64,000 nt of DNA from Pseudomonadota bacterium (GTDB taxonomy: Bacteria > Pseudomonadota > Gammaproteobacteria > Burkholderiales > Burkholderiaceae_C): contig JBJOQO010000006.1 in NCBI GenBank assembly GCA_046049865.1, positions 521 to 64,520 on the forward strand. Direction: 5' to 3'. The notes under the pieces were generated by a model. The model did not search any database and was not told where the DNA came from. It worked only from the letters and a program-made list of their open reading frames with translations. Each line of letters begins with the position of its first letter. The first letter of the stretch is position 1. The translations under genes were made by a program, and so were the position numbers. Shown piece by piece: positions 20,263 through 31,008 of the stretch.

Positions 20263-20624
20263 GCGGCCTCCATAATGCATTGCAAGGGGTGACCGCCCCG
20301 ACGGGCGGCGTTTGAGACCAACTCCACTTTCGTGGCTGCGACGTCCTTAGAGAATACGCCACATACACCACGCCCTTCATGGTGAATTTTGAGCATGATT
20401 TGCGTGGCCGCTTCCAAATCCAGCTTGAAGTACTCTTGCAGAACCATCACAACAAACTCCATAGGGGTGTAGTCGTCGTTGAGCAAGACGACCTGGTACA
20501 TCGGTGGCGGCTCCACTCGGGCAGTTTGCCGCTCGGCAACCACCGCACCCTGTCCATCATCAGGACGGGTTGGGTTCGGTGGGGATCCGGGCAACTCGGG
20601 TGTTTGGGAGGCTAGGAAAAACAT
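20259..20624 (-). CDS. clpS: ATP-dependent Clp protease adaptor ClpS
   Basis: Core [22 protein letters not shown]. Lies immediately upstream of clpA. Confidence 0.93.
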   Translation of the reverse strand: MFFLASQTPELPGSPPNPTRPDDGQGAVVAERQTARVEPPPMYQVVLLNDDYTPMEFVVMVLQEYFKLDLEAATQIMLKIHHEGRGVCGVFSKDVAATKVELVSNAARRGGHPLQCIMEAA

Positions 20625-20870
20625 AGATTCATTCTATCGAGTCAAGGCCAAGTCAGCGCCGTGTAGGGCATATTGCGCCTAAAACGCCCAGTGCAAGAGC
20701 CCGATGACCCGTATACAAAGCCGCCTTTTCATCGCACCAAAACGCCAGCGCGGGAGCGCAAGCTTCGACAACTCTCTGTCCAACCCTGTTGCCATAATTG
20801 GCCTGTCATTTCCTTGACAGCAAACAAAGTGGGCAGGAGAATCGCCCCGCAACGACGGCAGGAGACAAAA

Positions 20871-21155
20871 ATGGCGTGGGGAACAGTGAAGTGGTTCAAC
20901 GATGCGAAGGGCTTCGGTTTCATTGAACCCGAAGGTGGCGGCCAAGACATATTTGCCCACTTCTCTTCCATTCAAATGGAGGGCTTTCGCACACTGAAAC
21001 AAGGCAGCCGAGTGAGCTACGAATTGGTGACAGGCCCCAAGGGACAATTGGCGCAAAACATCACGCCGGTGCCGAACAAAGCCACATCAGAATCAGTGGA
21101 AGATACTTACCTCCACGAGCAACGCGCAGTCGGCAAAGAACCCATGAATTCTTGA
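20871..21155 (+). CDS. cspD: cold-shock domain protein, CspD-like
   Basis: GTVKWFNDAKGFGFI (RNP1) and DIFAHF (RNP2). ATG 20871 is preceded by GGAGA. Divergent from clpS-clpA, the same synteny as E. coli cspD. About 25 aa extend beyond the cold-shock domain at the C-terminus. Confidence 0.9.
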   Translation: MAWGTVKWFNDAKGFGFIEPEGGGQDIFAHFSSIQMEGFRTLKQGSRVSYELVTGPKGQLAQNITPVPNKATSESVEDTYLHEQRAVGKEPMNS

Positions 21156-21187
21156 TTTCCGCGCCCCAGGGTATCCACCGCGTCTGC

Positions 21188-22450
21188 TCACTCCAACTCT
21201 TTGGTTCGAAACTCGGCACCCGTTCGTGGCCCGCGGTCGCGGTTGCGGCGCTCCCAGCCGAAGAATTTCACCACCTCGTCGCGGCGGGACATGGTGTCGG
21301 CTTCGCCCAAAGCGAGCAACTCTTGGGTGTAGGGGGCTTCAAACAACAAGTAGCTGGCCAGCGCCGCGCCGCGTGCGGCGCGACCCTCGCCTGAGACACC
21401 CACACCACGCAACAAACCGCGCACAGCCGGGGGCAGGCAATGCAGGTGGCGGGTGGCGATGTCGTCCAGGCGCTGGCTGGGGGCAATGACGAGCACCTCA
21501 ATGGGTTTGAGGTTGCTGCGTGCGCGAACATCGGGCGGCAACATCGACAAGGTATTGTTGATGCGCTGCAAACGCTCGACGTCCACTGCGAGTGCATCCA
21601 AAAAAATGCTGGACAGCGCGTGGCCTGCGATTTGCGCGATGTTGGGATACTCGTCGCTGCCGGAGCGTGCTTCGGGATTCACTGTTGGCTCGTGCATGCG
21701 CCCCGCGCCGACCACCAAAATACGCTCGGCCCCCAAATGAACCGCCGGTGAGATGGGTGCGGACTGGCGCATGGAGCCATCACCAAAGTACTCGTTGCGA
21801 CCATGGATGGGCAAAGAAATAGCAGGGAAAACAAAAGGAATGGCAGCCGAGGCCAGCAGGTGATCGACCGAGATCGCATCGGGCACGGCCAGTCGCTGGG
21901 AACGTGTCCACGGCGCAATGGGTTCTACCGCGTCGTAAAAAGTGACATGCTGCCCCGAGCCGTAACTTGATGCGGTGACCGCTAGGGCGTGAAGATGTCC
22001 ATCACGCATCAAGTCGGGCAGGCGCTGCACCGGAACCAACTTATCGAGCAGCTCACGCAGCGGGCTGTTGTCGAGCAAGGACTTGGGCCGCAATTTTCGC
22101 CAACGCGCCACCATCCAACCGATGGACATCATGGTGAGCCAGCGGGCACCGGTGCGCACCACGCCAAGGGAGTCAGACAAATAGACCTGCTCTGCGTGAA
22201 AGTTGCTCCACACGTCGACCAGCCCATGCACAGAGGCCTCGAACTGGTCTGCATTACAAGCCAATGAGGCCGCGTTGATAGCACCCGCCGAGGTGCCTGC
22301 AATCACAGGAAAAGGGTTGACATTGGGCGCATGGCAGTCGCGCCGAATGCGGTCGATGGCTTTGAGCACACCCACTTGGTAAGCGGCCCGCGCCCCGCCA
22401 CCGGTGAGAATCAGGCCTGTGCGGGGAGCGGTAGGAGAGGCACCTTGCAT
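21188..22450 (-). CDS. patatin-like phospholipase family protein
   Basis: Oxyanion GGGARAAYQVG, nucleophile elbow GTSAGAINAA (GxSxG), and the catalytic Asp context FGDGSMRQ. Confidence 0.88.
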   Translation of the reverse strand: MQGASPTAPRTGLILTGGGARAAYQVGVLKAIDRIRRDCHAPNVNPFPVIAGTSAGAINAASLACNADQFEASVHGLVDVWSNFHAEQVYLSDSLGVVRTGARWLTMMSIGWMVARWRKLRPKSLLDNSPLRELLDKLVPVQRLPDLMRDGHLHALAVTASSYGSGQHVTFYDAVEPIAPWTRSQRLAVPDAISVDHLLASAAIPFVFPAISLPIHGRNEYFGDGSMRQSAPISPAVHLGAERILVVGAGRMHEPTVNPEARSGSDEYPNIAQIAGHALSSIFLDALAVDVERLQRINNTLSMLPPDVRARSNLKPIEVLVIAPSQRLDDIATRHLHCLPPAVRGLLRGVGVSGEGRAARGAALASYLLFEAPYTQELLALGEADTMSRRDEVVKFFGWERRNRDRGPRTGAEFRTKELE

Positions 22451-22509
22451 ATGCTGATTATTGATGCTGCAACGGCCGCGCGATCACGGTGTGTTCCCCT
22501 ATGTTGGAA

Positions 22510-25500
22510 CTACTGCGAGCCTTCGTACACCACCAGCGCCTGACCCCCATGGGCACGAGCACGCCAATCGTCCAAGGCTTGGTCGCTGGGGAAAAAACGA
22601 GCGTCTTCACCCAGGTCAATTTCTGCGGCGACGTTGGCTCTCTGCAATTGCAGGCGCACCGACAAACCGTGGGAGAGCACGCCCTCTTCCGTGTTGACCT
22701 GACGCACCGGGTGGCCCCGCACCAAGTCCGCCACCGGCGGCGCGCTGCCGTTGACGGCGATGCGCAGGTACTTGCCGAAGCGGCAGCGTGCGGTGGGCAA
22801 GTCCCACAGCGCGGTGACGTTCAGGCGCACGCCGCCGGAGAAGCGGTCGGGCTGGACCTTGCCTTGCACGATGAGCAATTCGTCGTCTTTGAGCAGGTCT
22901 TTGTTGGCGTTGAGCAGGTCTTCGCTGACGACGGACTCGATGGGCTCGCTTTTGTCGTCGAGCTTGAAGATGGCCACGCGGCCACGTTGGCCGTTGATCA
23001 CACGCAGGTCGCTGACGATGCCGGCCAGCAGTTGCGGCTCGCGGGTGTCGATCAGGTCGGAGATTTTGCGTTTCACGAAGCGGCGCACTTCTTCGGCGCT
23101 TTGGTCGAACATGTGGCCGGAGAGGTAAAAACCGAGGGCGGCTTTTTCGAAGGTCAAACGTTCTTTGATGCTCCAGGCCGGGGCGCTGACCAAGTAGGGC
23201 TCTTGGGTGGAGGCACCATGGGCATCACCAAAATCAAACAGGCCGCCTTGGTCGGCGTGCGCGGCTTGGGTGTCGCCGTACTCGAAGGCCAATGCGATGC
23301 TGGCCACCAAGGATGCGCGGTTGGGCTCGATCAAATCGAAGGCACCCGCTTTAATCAACGCCTCAACCGACCGCTTGTTGATGCGGCCCCGGTCCACACG
23401 GGCGCAAAAATCAAACAGCGATTTGAAAGGGCCGCCCTCCTGCCGCGCCGCCACGATGGCCTCAACAGCACTTTGGCCCGTGCCCTTGACCGCTGCCAGC
23501 CCGTAACGCACCACGCCATCGGCCACGGGCTCGAACAAGCTGGTACCGGTGTTGATATTGGGTGGCTCGAAACGCTGGCCCAGGGCCAGCGCATCGTCAT
23601 GGAAAATTTTGAGCTTGTCGGTGTCGTCCAGCGCCACGCTCATGTTGGCTGCGGTGAATTCAGCCGGGTAGTGCACCTTGAGCCAAGCCGTTTGGTAGGC
23701 CAAAAGGGCGTAGGCCGCCGCGTGCGACTTGTTGAAGCCATAGCCCGCAAACTTCTCCATCAAGTCGAAGATTTCATTCGCCTTGGGCTCGGGGATGTTG
23801 TTCTTGGCGGCCCCTTCGGCAAAAGTGGCACGGTGGGCCACCATTTCTTCCAGCTTCTTTTTGCCCATGGCTCGGCGCAACAAGTCGGCGCCGCCGAGCG
23901 AGTAACCACCCAGGCGCTGCGCCACCTGCATCACCTGCTCTTGGTAGACCATGATGCCGTAGGTTTCTTCGAGCACCTCGCGCATCAAAGGGTGCGGGTA
24001 CTCCACCTCTTCACGGCCATGTTTGCGGGCGCAAAACGTGGGGATCAAATCCATGGGGCCCGGGCGGTAAAGCGCCACGAGGGCAATGATGTCCTCAAAG
24101 ACGCTGGGTTTGGCGTCTTTGAGCATGCGCTGCATGCCCGAACTTTCAAGCTGGAACACGGCGACTGTTTTGCCTTCGCTCATCAACTGGTAAGCCGGCC
24201 GGTCGTTCAGCGGAATGCCCTCCAGCACAAAGTCTTTTTGATCCGCATGGCGGGCACGGATGAAGTCCTTGGCCATCTCCAAAATGGTGAGTGTGGCCAG
24301 GCCCAAGAAGTCGAACTTGACGAGGCCAATGGACTCGACATCATCTTTGTCAAACTGGCTCACCGCGCTGTCGCTGCCGGGCTGCATGTAGAGCGGGCAG
24401 AAGTCGGTGATCTTGCCCGGCGCAATCAGCACGCCCCCTGCATGCATGCCGATGTTGCGGGTGACGCCCTCTAAGCGCATGGCCAGGCTCAGGAGTTCAG
24501 CTACTTCTTCTTCGTTTTTCTCGCGCTGCTCGATCTCGGGCGACTCTTTGCGGGCATAGATGAGGCCGGGGTCGGGCTGCTCAGGCACACGCGCCAAGGT
24601 GACCGATTTGCCCGGCGGCGCGGGCACGAGTTTGGCAATGCCGTCCACATGGCCATAACCCATGCCCAGCACACGGCCCACATCACGCAACGCCGCTTTG
24701 GCGGCCATGGTGCCGAAGGTGGCAATCTGGCTGACGGCGTCACGCCCGTACTTTTGTTTCACGTAGTCGATCACGCGGTCACGGTTGGCCTGGCAAAAGT
24801 CGATGTCGAAGTCGGGCATGGAGACCCGGTCCGGGTTCAGGAAACGCTCAAACAGCAAGTTGTAGCGCAGCGGGTCGAGGTCGGTGATCTTCAGCGCATA
24901 GGCCACGAGTGAGCCTGCACCCGAACCCCGGCCAGGGCCCACCGGGCAGCCGTGGCTTTTGGCCCAGATGATGAAGTCGGCCACGATCAGGAAGTAGCCG
25001 GGGAATCCCATCTTCAAGATGGTCTTGATCTCAAAGTCCAGGCGCTCCACATAACGCGGCTTTTGTTTTTCGCGCTCAGCAGCGTCGGGGTAAAGCTGAA
25101 GTAACCGTTCGTCCAAACCCTCGTGTGAAGCGAGGTGGAAATAGTCCGCCATGGGCATCGGGCTGCCGTTTTGCACCGGCGTGGCGAAGTCGGGCAACTG
25201 CGGCTTGCCCAGCACCAGGCTCAGGTTGCAGCGTTTGGCGATTTCCAGCGTGTTGGCGATGGCACTAGGGATGTCGGCAAACAAAGCCTCCATCTGGGCC
25301 TGGGTTTTGAAGTACTGCTCGCGTGTGAAGTGTTTGACGCGGCGTGGATTGGTGAGTGTTTCGCCTTCCGCCACACAAACACGCGCCTCGTGGGCTTCGA
25401 AGTCGTCGGCCTCAGCGAATTGAATGGGGTGGGTTGCAACCACGGGCAGTTGCAACGCGGCCGCGAGCTTGGTTGCCGCGCGCACATGGGCTTCTTGGCC

Positions 25501-26019
25501 GGGCAGACCGGCACGTTGCAGCTCGATGTAGAGACGCTGCGGGAACAACGCGCTCAGTCGTTGGGCCAGGGTTTGAGCACGTTCGACATCACGGGCCAGC
25601 AATGCCTGCCCGATCGCACCCATGTCAGCACCGGAGAGCGCGATCAAACCGCCGCTGAGTGAATCCAGCCAATCCCACTCCAACCACGCCTGGCTGCGCT
25701 GCTGGTTGGACAGCCAAGCCCGCGACAGCAACTCGCACAGGTTGAGGTAACCCTGTTTGTTTTGCACCAGCAGCAGCAACCGTGAAGGCTGTTTCTCGCC
25801 GCCTTGGGGCTGCAGCCATACGTCAGCACCAATCAAGGGCTTGACACCGGCTTTGCGCGCCTTGCCATAGAACTTGACGGTGGCAAAAAGATTGCTCAGG
25901 TCGGTGATGGCCAAGGCGACTTGGCCGTCGGCAGCGGCAAGGGCCACGGCGTCGTCCACACGCAAGGTGCCATCAACAACGGAAAACTCGGTATGGGTAC
26001 GCAGGTGAACAAAGGCCAT
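22510..26019 (-). CDS. dnaE: DNA polymerase III subunit alpha
   Basis: 1169 aa. PHP-domain start MAFVHLRTHTEFSVVDG, polymerase core, and a C-terminal OB region. Confidence 0.97.
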   Translation of the reverse strand: MAFVHLRTHTEFSVVDGTLRVDDAVALAAADGQVALAITDLSNLFATVKFYGKARKAGVKPLIGADVWLQPQGGEKQPSRLLLLVQNKQGYLNLCELLSRAWLSNQQRSQAWLEWDWLDSLSGGLIALSGADMGAIGQALLARDVERAQTLAQRLSALFPQRLYIELQRAGLPGQEAHVRAATKLAAALQLPVVATHPIQFAEADDFEAHEARVCVAEGETLTNPRRVKHFTREQYFKTQAQMEALFADIPSAIANTLEIAKRCNLSLVLGKPQLPDFATPVQNGSPMPMADYFHLASHEGLDERLLQLYPDAAEREKQKPRYVERLDFEIKTILKMGFPGYFLIVADFIIWAKSHGCPVGPGRGSGAGSLVAYALKITDLDPLRYNLLFERFLNPDRVSMPDFDIDFCQANRDRVIDYVKQKYGRDAVSQIATFGTMAAKAALRDVGRVLGMGYGHVDGIAKLVPAPPGKSVTLARVPEQPDPGLIYARKESPEIEQREKNEEEVAELLSLAMRLEGVTRNIGMHAGGVLIAPGKITDFCPLYMQPGSDSAVSQFDKDDVESIGLVKFDFLGLATLTILEMAKDFIRARHADQKDFVLEGIPLNDRPAYQLMSEGKTVAVFQLESSGMQRMLKDAKPSVFEDIIALVALYRPGPMDLIPTFCARKHGREEVEYPHPLMREVLEETYGIMVYQEQVMQVAQRLGGYSLGGADLLRRAMGKKKLEEMVAHRATFAEGAAKNNIPEPKANEIFDLMEKFAGYGFNKSHAAAYALLAYQTAWLKVHYPAEFTAANMSVALDDTDKLKIFHDDALALGQRFEPPNINTGTSLFEPVADGVVRYGLAAVKGTGQSAVEAIVAARQEGGPFKSLFDFCARVDRGRINKRSVEALIKAGAFDLIEPNRASLVASIALAFEYGDTQAAHADQGGLFDFGDAHGASTQEPYLVSAPAWSIKERLTFEKAALGFYLSGHMFDQSAEEVRRFVKRKISDLIDTREPQLLAGIVSDLRVINGQRGRVAIFKLDDKSEPIESVVSEDLLNANKDLLKDDELLIVQGKVQPDRFSGGVRLNVTALWDLPTARCRFGKYLRIAVNGSAPPVADLVRGHPVRQVNTEEGVLSHGLSVRLQLQRANVAAEIDLGEDARFFPSDQALDDWRARAHGGQALVVYEGSQ

Positions 26020-26083
26020 AGCGGCGATTTTAGGAGCCCAAGCTCAGAGGCCCGCAACCGGCACGGCGAATAGAATCCCCCGC

Positions 26084-26830
26084 GTGAAAACCGTACTGAA
26101 TATTTCTGCCTATCTGTTTGTTCAACTGGACGATACCGACGCCCTTTGTGAACGAATCAAATCCGAGGCATTGACGCGGCAACTGCTGGGCACCGTGCTG
26201 TTGGCTTCTGAGGGCATCAACTTGTTTCTGGCTGGTGCGCCCGAGGCCATTCACAGCATGGTGGACTGGTTGCGAATGGACCCCCGACTGCAAGCGCTGG
26301 ATCCGAAGGAAAGCTGGTCGGACAGCATCCCCTTCCGCAAGTTGCTCGTGAAGGTGAAAAACGAAATCATCCGCATGAACCACCCGACCATCCGACCGCA
26401 AGCCGGGCGCGCGCCTGCGGTAGACCCCGCCACCCTCGCCCGCTGGTTGGATGCGGGCAGGGACGATGACGGCCGCCCCGTGGTGATGCTGGACACACGC
26501 AATGCCTTTGAAGTCGACCATGGTCGCTTCGAGCGCACGCTGGACTGGCGAATTGAAAAGTTCAGCGACTTCCCTGCCGCCATGTTGGCCCATCGCGAGG
26601 AGCTGCAAGGCAAAACCGTGGTGAGTTATTGCACCGGCGGCATCCGCTGCGAAAAAGCCGCCATCTACATGGCCGAGGCCGGCGTGGAAAACGTACTGCA
26701 GTTGGACGGCGGCATCTTGAAATACTTTGAACTGCAGGGCAGCCGACACTTCAGCGGCAACTGTTTTGTGTTTGATGAACGCCGCGAGGTGGATTCCATG
26801 CTGCGCCCGAATCAGGTGGGTTCAGGCTAA
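26084..26830 (+). CDS. trhO: rhodanese-related sulfurtransferase / tRNA U34 hydroxylase TrhO (UPF0176)
   Basis: N-terminal UPF0176 domain (LNISAYLFVQL) plus rhodanese with active-site loop YCTGGIRCEKA. GTG start. Lacks the Cys-rich C-terminal extension of E. coli YceA. Confidence 0.8.
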   Translation: MKTVLNISAYLFVQLDDTDALCERIKSEALTRQLLGTVLLASEGINLFLAGAPEAIHSMVDWLRMDPRLQALDPKESWSDSIPFRKLLVKVKNEIIRMNHPTIRPQAGRAPAVDPATLARWLDAGRDDDGRPVVMLDTRNAFEVDHGRFERTLDWRIEKFSDFPAAMLAHREELQGKTVVSYCTGGIRCEKAAIYMAEAGVENVLQLDGGILKYFELQGSRHFSGNCFVFDERREVDSMLRPNQVGSG

Positions 26831-26838
26831 GGACGCCC

Positions 26839-27573
26839 TCAGGTAGGCGGTAGGGGCACGGCAGGCCCCTCATCCATCACCGCCAACACATCGGAGTGGA
26901 ACTCGCGCCGATACAGAATGCTCACCACCGTGAGCGTGCCCAGCATGAAGAGCCACGGTGAAATGAACCAGGCCATGGCAGCAAACGCAAAGTAGTACCC
27001 ACGCAAGCCATCGTTGAAGGTCTCTGCGGCCAAACTCACGATGCGCCCCGCCTTGTCGGCAAACGCCTCGCGCGACAGGCCCAGCGCCTCGAATTGTTTG
27101 GCCTCTGGTGCCGACGCGACCATCAAAGCACCGAAAGTATATTGGCGCATGGACCAAGTGAATCGGAAGAAGGTGTACACAAAGATCGCCAGCAGCACGA
27201 TGATCTTCATGTCGAACACCAAATTCGACGTGCGCGCCGCAAAGGGAATTTCACGCACCAACTCGGTGGCTTTGTCTGTGATGCCGAGCACTGCCACCAA
27301 ACCACCAATGATGAGGATGGTGGTGGATGCAAAAAATGACGGGCTGGTAGAGAGGTTTTGCACCACCACACCATCAAGCACCCGCACATCCCGGTAGGTG
27401 GTTTGCAGCATCCACTGGTGGCGGATGCGGTTGGTGCTGGCCAGAATTGACGGGCGGGTTTGCGCCCAGTGGCGGGCAAACCAGGCGTAACCGGCCCAGC
27501 CACCCACAAACACGGCCATTGCCAACCAGTCCCAAAAGGGCAATACGCTGAAGATCGCTGCGGAAGTGTTCAT
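26839..27573 (-). CDS. DUF599 domain-containing membrane protein
   Basis: Start re-set to ATG 27573 (MNTSAAIFSVLPFWDW). ...RIRHQWMLQTTYRDVRVLDGVVVQNL... matches my recollection of DUF599. Multi-TM. Confidence 0.65.
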   Translation of the reverse strand: MNTSAAIFSVLPFWDWLAMAVFVGGWAGYAWFARHWAQTRPSILASTNRIRHQWMLQTTYRDVRVLDGVVVQNLSTSPSFFASTTILIIGGLVAVLGITDKATELVREIPFAARTSNLVFDMKIIVLLAIFVYTFFRFTWSMRQYTFGALMVASAPEAKQFEALGLSREAFADKAGRIVSLAAETFNDGLRGYYFAFAAMAWFISPWLFMLGTLTVVSILYRREFHSDVLAVMDEGPAVPLPPT

Positions 27574-27655
27574 GGCCACAATGTAGCAAGGCGCGGGCCA
27601 GCACAAGGAGGTGCCGTACCGCGCCCGATTTCAATTCGTGGCGACAACGTCCGCT

Positions 27656-28210
27656 TTACTTGTTCCAACGAACGGCAGCCGCAGCCACACGTGCGCCGAA
27701 TTGTTTTGCGGTTTCCAGGTCGCCGGGGAGCATTTCGTCAACACTGGCATCCGATGGCGTGCTGGCCATGGCGCCAGCGAAAGAAGCCACATAGTTCAAA
27801 TCATTGCGTGTGGCGGCCTTGCTGTTGCTTGGCATCATGCCCGTGCCCACCCAAATCATGCTGTGCTGCTGGGACAAGGTGAAAAGGTAGTGCAAGGTCG
27901 ACAGCTTGTCGCCGTTCATCGATGCCGAGTTGGTGAAACCTGCGGCGATCTTGTCTTTCCAGCCTTGCGTGAACCAGGCCTTGCTTGACGCATCAGCAAA
28001 CTTTTTGAACTGCCAGGACACGCTGCCCATGTAGGTGGGCGAGCCCATGATGATGGCGTCAGCCGCATTCAAACTGGCCCATTGGGCATCGGTCAGGTTG
28101 CCTTCCTTGTCGATGGCAATCAACTCTCCCCCTGCCCCTTCGGCGACAGCCTGGGCCATGCGGGCGGTGTGGCCGTAACCACTGTGAAAAACGATGGCGA
28201 TCTTGCTCAT
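27656..28210 (-). CDS. flavodoxin-like NAD(P)H:quinone oxidoreductase (WrbA-like)
   Basis: MSKIAIVFHSGYGHTARMAQAVAEGA resembles the WrbA N-terminus. 184 aa. Confidence 0.8.
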   Translation of the reverse strand: MSKIAIVFHSGYGHTARMAQAVAEGAGGELIAIDKEGNLTDAQWASLNAADAIIMGSPTYMGSVSWQFKKFADASSKAWFTQGWKDKIAAGFTNSASMNGDKLSTLHYLFTLSQQHSMIWVGTGMMPSNSKAATRNDLNYVASFAGAMASTPSDASVDEMLPGDLETAKQFGARVAAAAVRWNK

Positions 28211-28278
28211 ATTGACTCCTGGGTTGGTCTATCAAAAGCACTAGAAAATGCACATGGGCTTTGATCAAACCCATGCGC

Positions 28279-29145
28279 TCAAAAAAAACCACTGGCTTCC
28301 AATGACCCCATTTCGCCGGTGCGGAAACGCTGGATCATGTCGGAGGCTTGCTCCGGCGTGTTGGCGATGAAGGGACCACGCGGAACAATGGGCTCGCCAA
28401 TCGGCACGCCGGCCAGAAGCACCACATGGGCGTTCGATGGGCCTGCCTGCAAGCGCACGATGGCACCGTCGTCCGAGAAACGCAGTGCATGGTGGGCGGC
28501 AACCTCGCCATCGGCCGTCACGAGTTCGCCTTGAACCACGATGGCGAAGGCGCGTTGCCCCCTCGACACGGGAATGTCTATGCTGCCGCTTGCCGGCAAG
28601 TGGGCATCCAGCAACGTAACGGGCGTGTGAGCAGCCAAACGACGATGTTGCCCGGAGAAGTCGCCCTGCACCACACGCACCCTGGCACCCGTTTCGGTGA
28701 CGACGACCGGCACGTCGGCGGCACGCAATTGGAAAGCGACGGGTTCGGCGTCTTTGTCACTTGAACGTGAATTGATAAAGAGCTGCAAGCCATGGGCTGC
28801 TCGGCCTGTCTGGCTTGGCAACTCTTCGTGCAACATGCCGCGCCCGGCTTGCGTCCAGTGCAGGGCACCGGGTTCAATGTGGCAGGTGGTGCCCAGGGAG
28901 TCGCGGTTGTGGACGCCTCCCTCGCTGCCCTCGAACAAATAGGTCACTGCTGAAAACCCGGCATGCGGATGGGGAGCGAAGGTGGGCGTGGGCATGGTGA
29001 AGTGGTCCACCAAAACAAATGGATCCAGTGCGTGCAAGTCTTGCGGGTGCAGCAACCATGCACCGGAGCCTTCGTTGAAGGCATGCCAAGGCATGGCAAA
29101 AACCTGCGCTACCTGACGAATGGAATGGAGTTCAGCGCCGCACAT
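28279..29145 (-). CDS. pirin family protein
   Basis: Cupin metal-site region DPFVLVDHF...HPHAGFSAVTYLFEG. ATG 29094 is an alternative start. Confidence 0.88.
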   Translation of the reverse strand: MCGAELHSIRQVAQVFAMPWHAFNEGSGAWLLHPQDLHALDPFVLVDHFTMPTPTFAPHPHAGFSAVTYLFEGSEGGVHNRDSLGTTCHIEPGALHWTQAGRGMLHEELPSQTGRAAHGLQLFINSRSSDKDAEPVAFQLRAADVPVVVTETGARVRVVQGDFSGQHRRLAAHTPVTLLDAHLPASGSIDIPVSRGQRAFAIVVQGELVTADGEVAAHHALRFSDDGAIVRLQAGPSNAHVVLLAGVPIGEPIVPRGPFIANTPEQASDMIQRFRTGEMGSLEASGFF

Positions 29146-29173
29146 CAGCAGGTCCTTTTTTTTGGGAGGTAGA

Positions 29174-29875
29174 TCAAGCTGTCAAATCGAACACCAGCAC
29201 TTCGGCATCGACGCCTTGGCTCAAGGTCAAAATGGTCTCACCTTCCAGCTTGAGTGCATCGCCCCCTTCGAGTCTGTGCCCATTGACGCTAAGTTGACCG
29301 CGCACCACGTGGACATAGGCCTTACGCGCTGAGTTCAATTCCAACCGCGCGGACTCCGCCCCATCGAACAAACCCGCGTGGAGCGCTGCGTTGGCATGCA
29401 GGCGGACCGAACCTTCGCGCCCATCGTTGCTGGCGACCAAACGCAGACGGCCACGTTTCTCAGCAGCTTCAAAGTGTTTTTGCTCGTAGCCAGGCTCAAT
29501 GCCGAAATCATTGGGTTGAATCCAGATTTGCAAGAAGTGCGTGGTTTGTTTCGGTGCATGGTTTTGTTCACTGTGGCGCACGCCGCTGCCCGCGCTCATA
29601 CGCTGCACATCACCCGGCAAAATGCTGGTGCCATTGCCCAGGCTGTCTTTGTGGCCCAGCGCTCCGTCCAACACGTAGCTGATGATTTCCATATCGCGGT
29701 GGCCATGGGTGCCAAACCCGGTGCCCGCAGCAATGCGGTCTTCGTTGATGACACGCAAATTGCCAAAACCCATATGGGCTTCGTCCAGGTAGTCGGCAAA
29801 AGAAAAGCTGTGAAAACTTTTGAGCCAACCGTGGTCCGCGAAACCACGGTCGCTGGATTTGCGCAACGTCATCAT
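29174..29875 (-). CDS. pirin family protein
   Basis: Start re-set to ATG 29875 (MMTLRKSSDRGFADHGWLKSFHSFSF). HGHRDMEIISYVLDG. Confidence 0.88.
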   Translation of the reverse strand: MMTLRKSSDRGFADHGWLKSFHSFSFADYLDEAHMGFGNLRVINEDRIAAGTGFGTHGHRDMEIISYVLDGALGHKDSLGNGTSILPGDVQRMSAGSGVRHSEQNHAPKQTTHFLQIWIQPNDFGIEPGYEQKHFEAAEKRGRLRLVASNDGREGSVRLHANAALHAGLFDGAESARLELNSARKAYVHVVRGQLSVNGHRLEGGDALKLEGETILTLSQGVDAEVLVFDLTA

Positions 29876-29986
29876 GGTGAAAATCTCCTTCTGTGCAGGG
29901 CAGGCTTCGTTGCTCGCCGAGACGCAACTGTAGGCACTGCACCAAAATGCCGGGCTGCGCTGCATTGAAGACCTCGTTCAAATAAG

Positions 29987-31003
29987 ATGAACGGCCAACT
30001 GAATCCCCCCACCATGACCCCACGCCACCTCGCACTGACTCCAGAAGCCCTGTCCATGGTGGACGCCATCGCACGCACGGGCAGTTTTGCCGCCGCTGCA
30101 CGCGAACTGGGCAAAGTGCCGTCGGCACTGACTTACAGCGTGCGCCAGTTGGAAGAAGCGCTGGATGTGCTGCTCTTTGACCGCTCCTCGCGCCAAGCCC
30201 AGTTCACTGCTGCAGGTCTTGAACTGTTGAACGAAGGTCGCCGTTTACTGGCCCAAATGGACACGATGGCCCACCGCGTGCGTCGGGTGGCCACCGGCTG
30301 GGAGACCGAACTCACCGTGGCAGTGGACGGCGTGATGTCGCAAGTGACCGTGTTTGAGTTGTGCGAAGCGTTTTTTGCGCTGTGCGACCAAACCCGTGCT
30401 GACAACATGGCGCCGGGCACGCGGCTGCGGCTGCGCACCGAGGTCTTGGCAGGCACATGGGAAGCTGTCTCTTCGGGGCAAGCCGACTTGGCCATAGGCG
30501 TGGCCACCAACACCCAAACCCTGCCCCCACCGGGTGTACAAGTGGCCTCCCTGGGCAGCATGGCTTTTGTATTTGCAGTCGCACCGCACCACCCCTTGGC
30601 CAGCATCACGGGTCCGCTGAGTGATGTCGACATCCTTCGCCACCGCGCGGTGGCCGTGGCTGACTCGGCCAAACAACTCTCGCCCATCACCTTCAACCTG
30701 CTGCCGGGACAGGACGTGCTGACGGTCAGCAGCATGCCGGCCAAGTTAGAAGCCCAACTGCGCTGCATGGGCTGCGGTTTTTTGCCTGAAGCCCTGGCCC
30801 GGCCCCACATTGACGCAGGCCGTTTGATCGTCAAAGAAGTGCAACGCCCTCGGCACAGCGCAGAGTTTGGCTACGCTTGGCGGGCCACGTCCAATCAAGG
30901 CGCGTCCTTGGGACTGGGCTTGCAATGGTGGCTCCAACAGTTGCAAAGCCCGACAACACAAAAAGCGCTGCTGGAGCGGCACAGCAGCCAGTGGAGCTGC
31001 TGA
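29987..31003 (+). CDS. LysR family transcriptional regulator
   Basis: w[27 protein letters not shown] plus a LysR substrate-binding domain. Divergent from the pirin/flavodoxin genes. Confidence 0.9.
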   Translation: MNGQLNPPTMTPRHLALTPEALSMVDAIARTGSFAAAARELGKVPSALTYSVRQLEEALDVLLFDRSSRQAQFTAAGLELLNEGRRLLAQMDTMAHRVRRVATGWETELTVAVDGVMSQVTVFELCEAFFALCDQTRADNMAPGTRLRLRTEVLAGTWEAVSSGQADLAIGVATNTQTLPPPGVQVASLGSMAFVFAVAPHHPLASITGPLSDVDILRHRAVAVADSAKQLSPITFNLLPGQDVLTVSSMPAKLEAQLRCMGCGFLPEALARPHIDAGRLIVKEVQRPRHSAEFGYAWRATSNQGASLGLGLQWWLQQLQSPTTQKALLERHSSQWSC

Positions 31004-31008
31004 GCCAC

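Noticed and set aside
21188-22450. Patatin-like phospholipase as a CBASS-type or other defence effector
   Set aside because: No cyclase/nucleotidyltransferase, sensor or other partner gene is adjacent. The gene has native-looking high GC and sits between the core genes cspD and dnaE, so a housekeeping lipase is the simpler reading.
22489-24474. 661-aa plus-strand ORF opposite dnaE
   Set aside because: Antisense artefact inside DNA polymerase III alpha. It has low-complexity, GC-driven composition, and the region is fully explained by dnaE.
26030-26749. 239-aa minus-strand ORF opposite trhO
   Set aside because: Shadow ORF. The plus-strand product has the rhodanese CxGGIRCEK active site.
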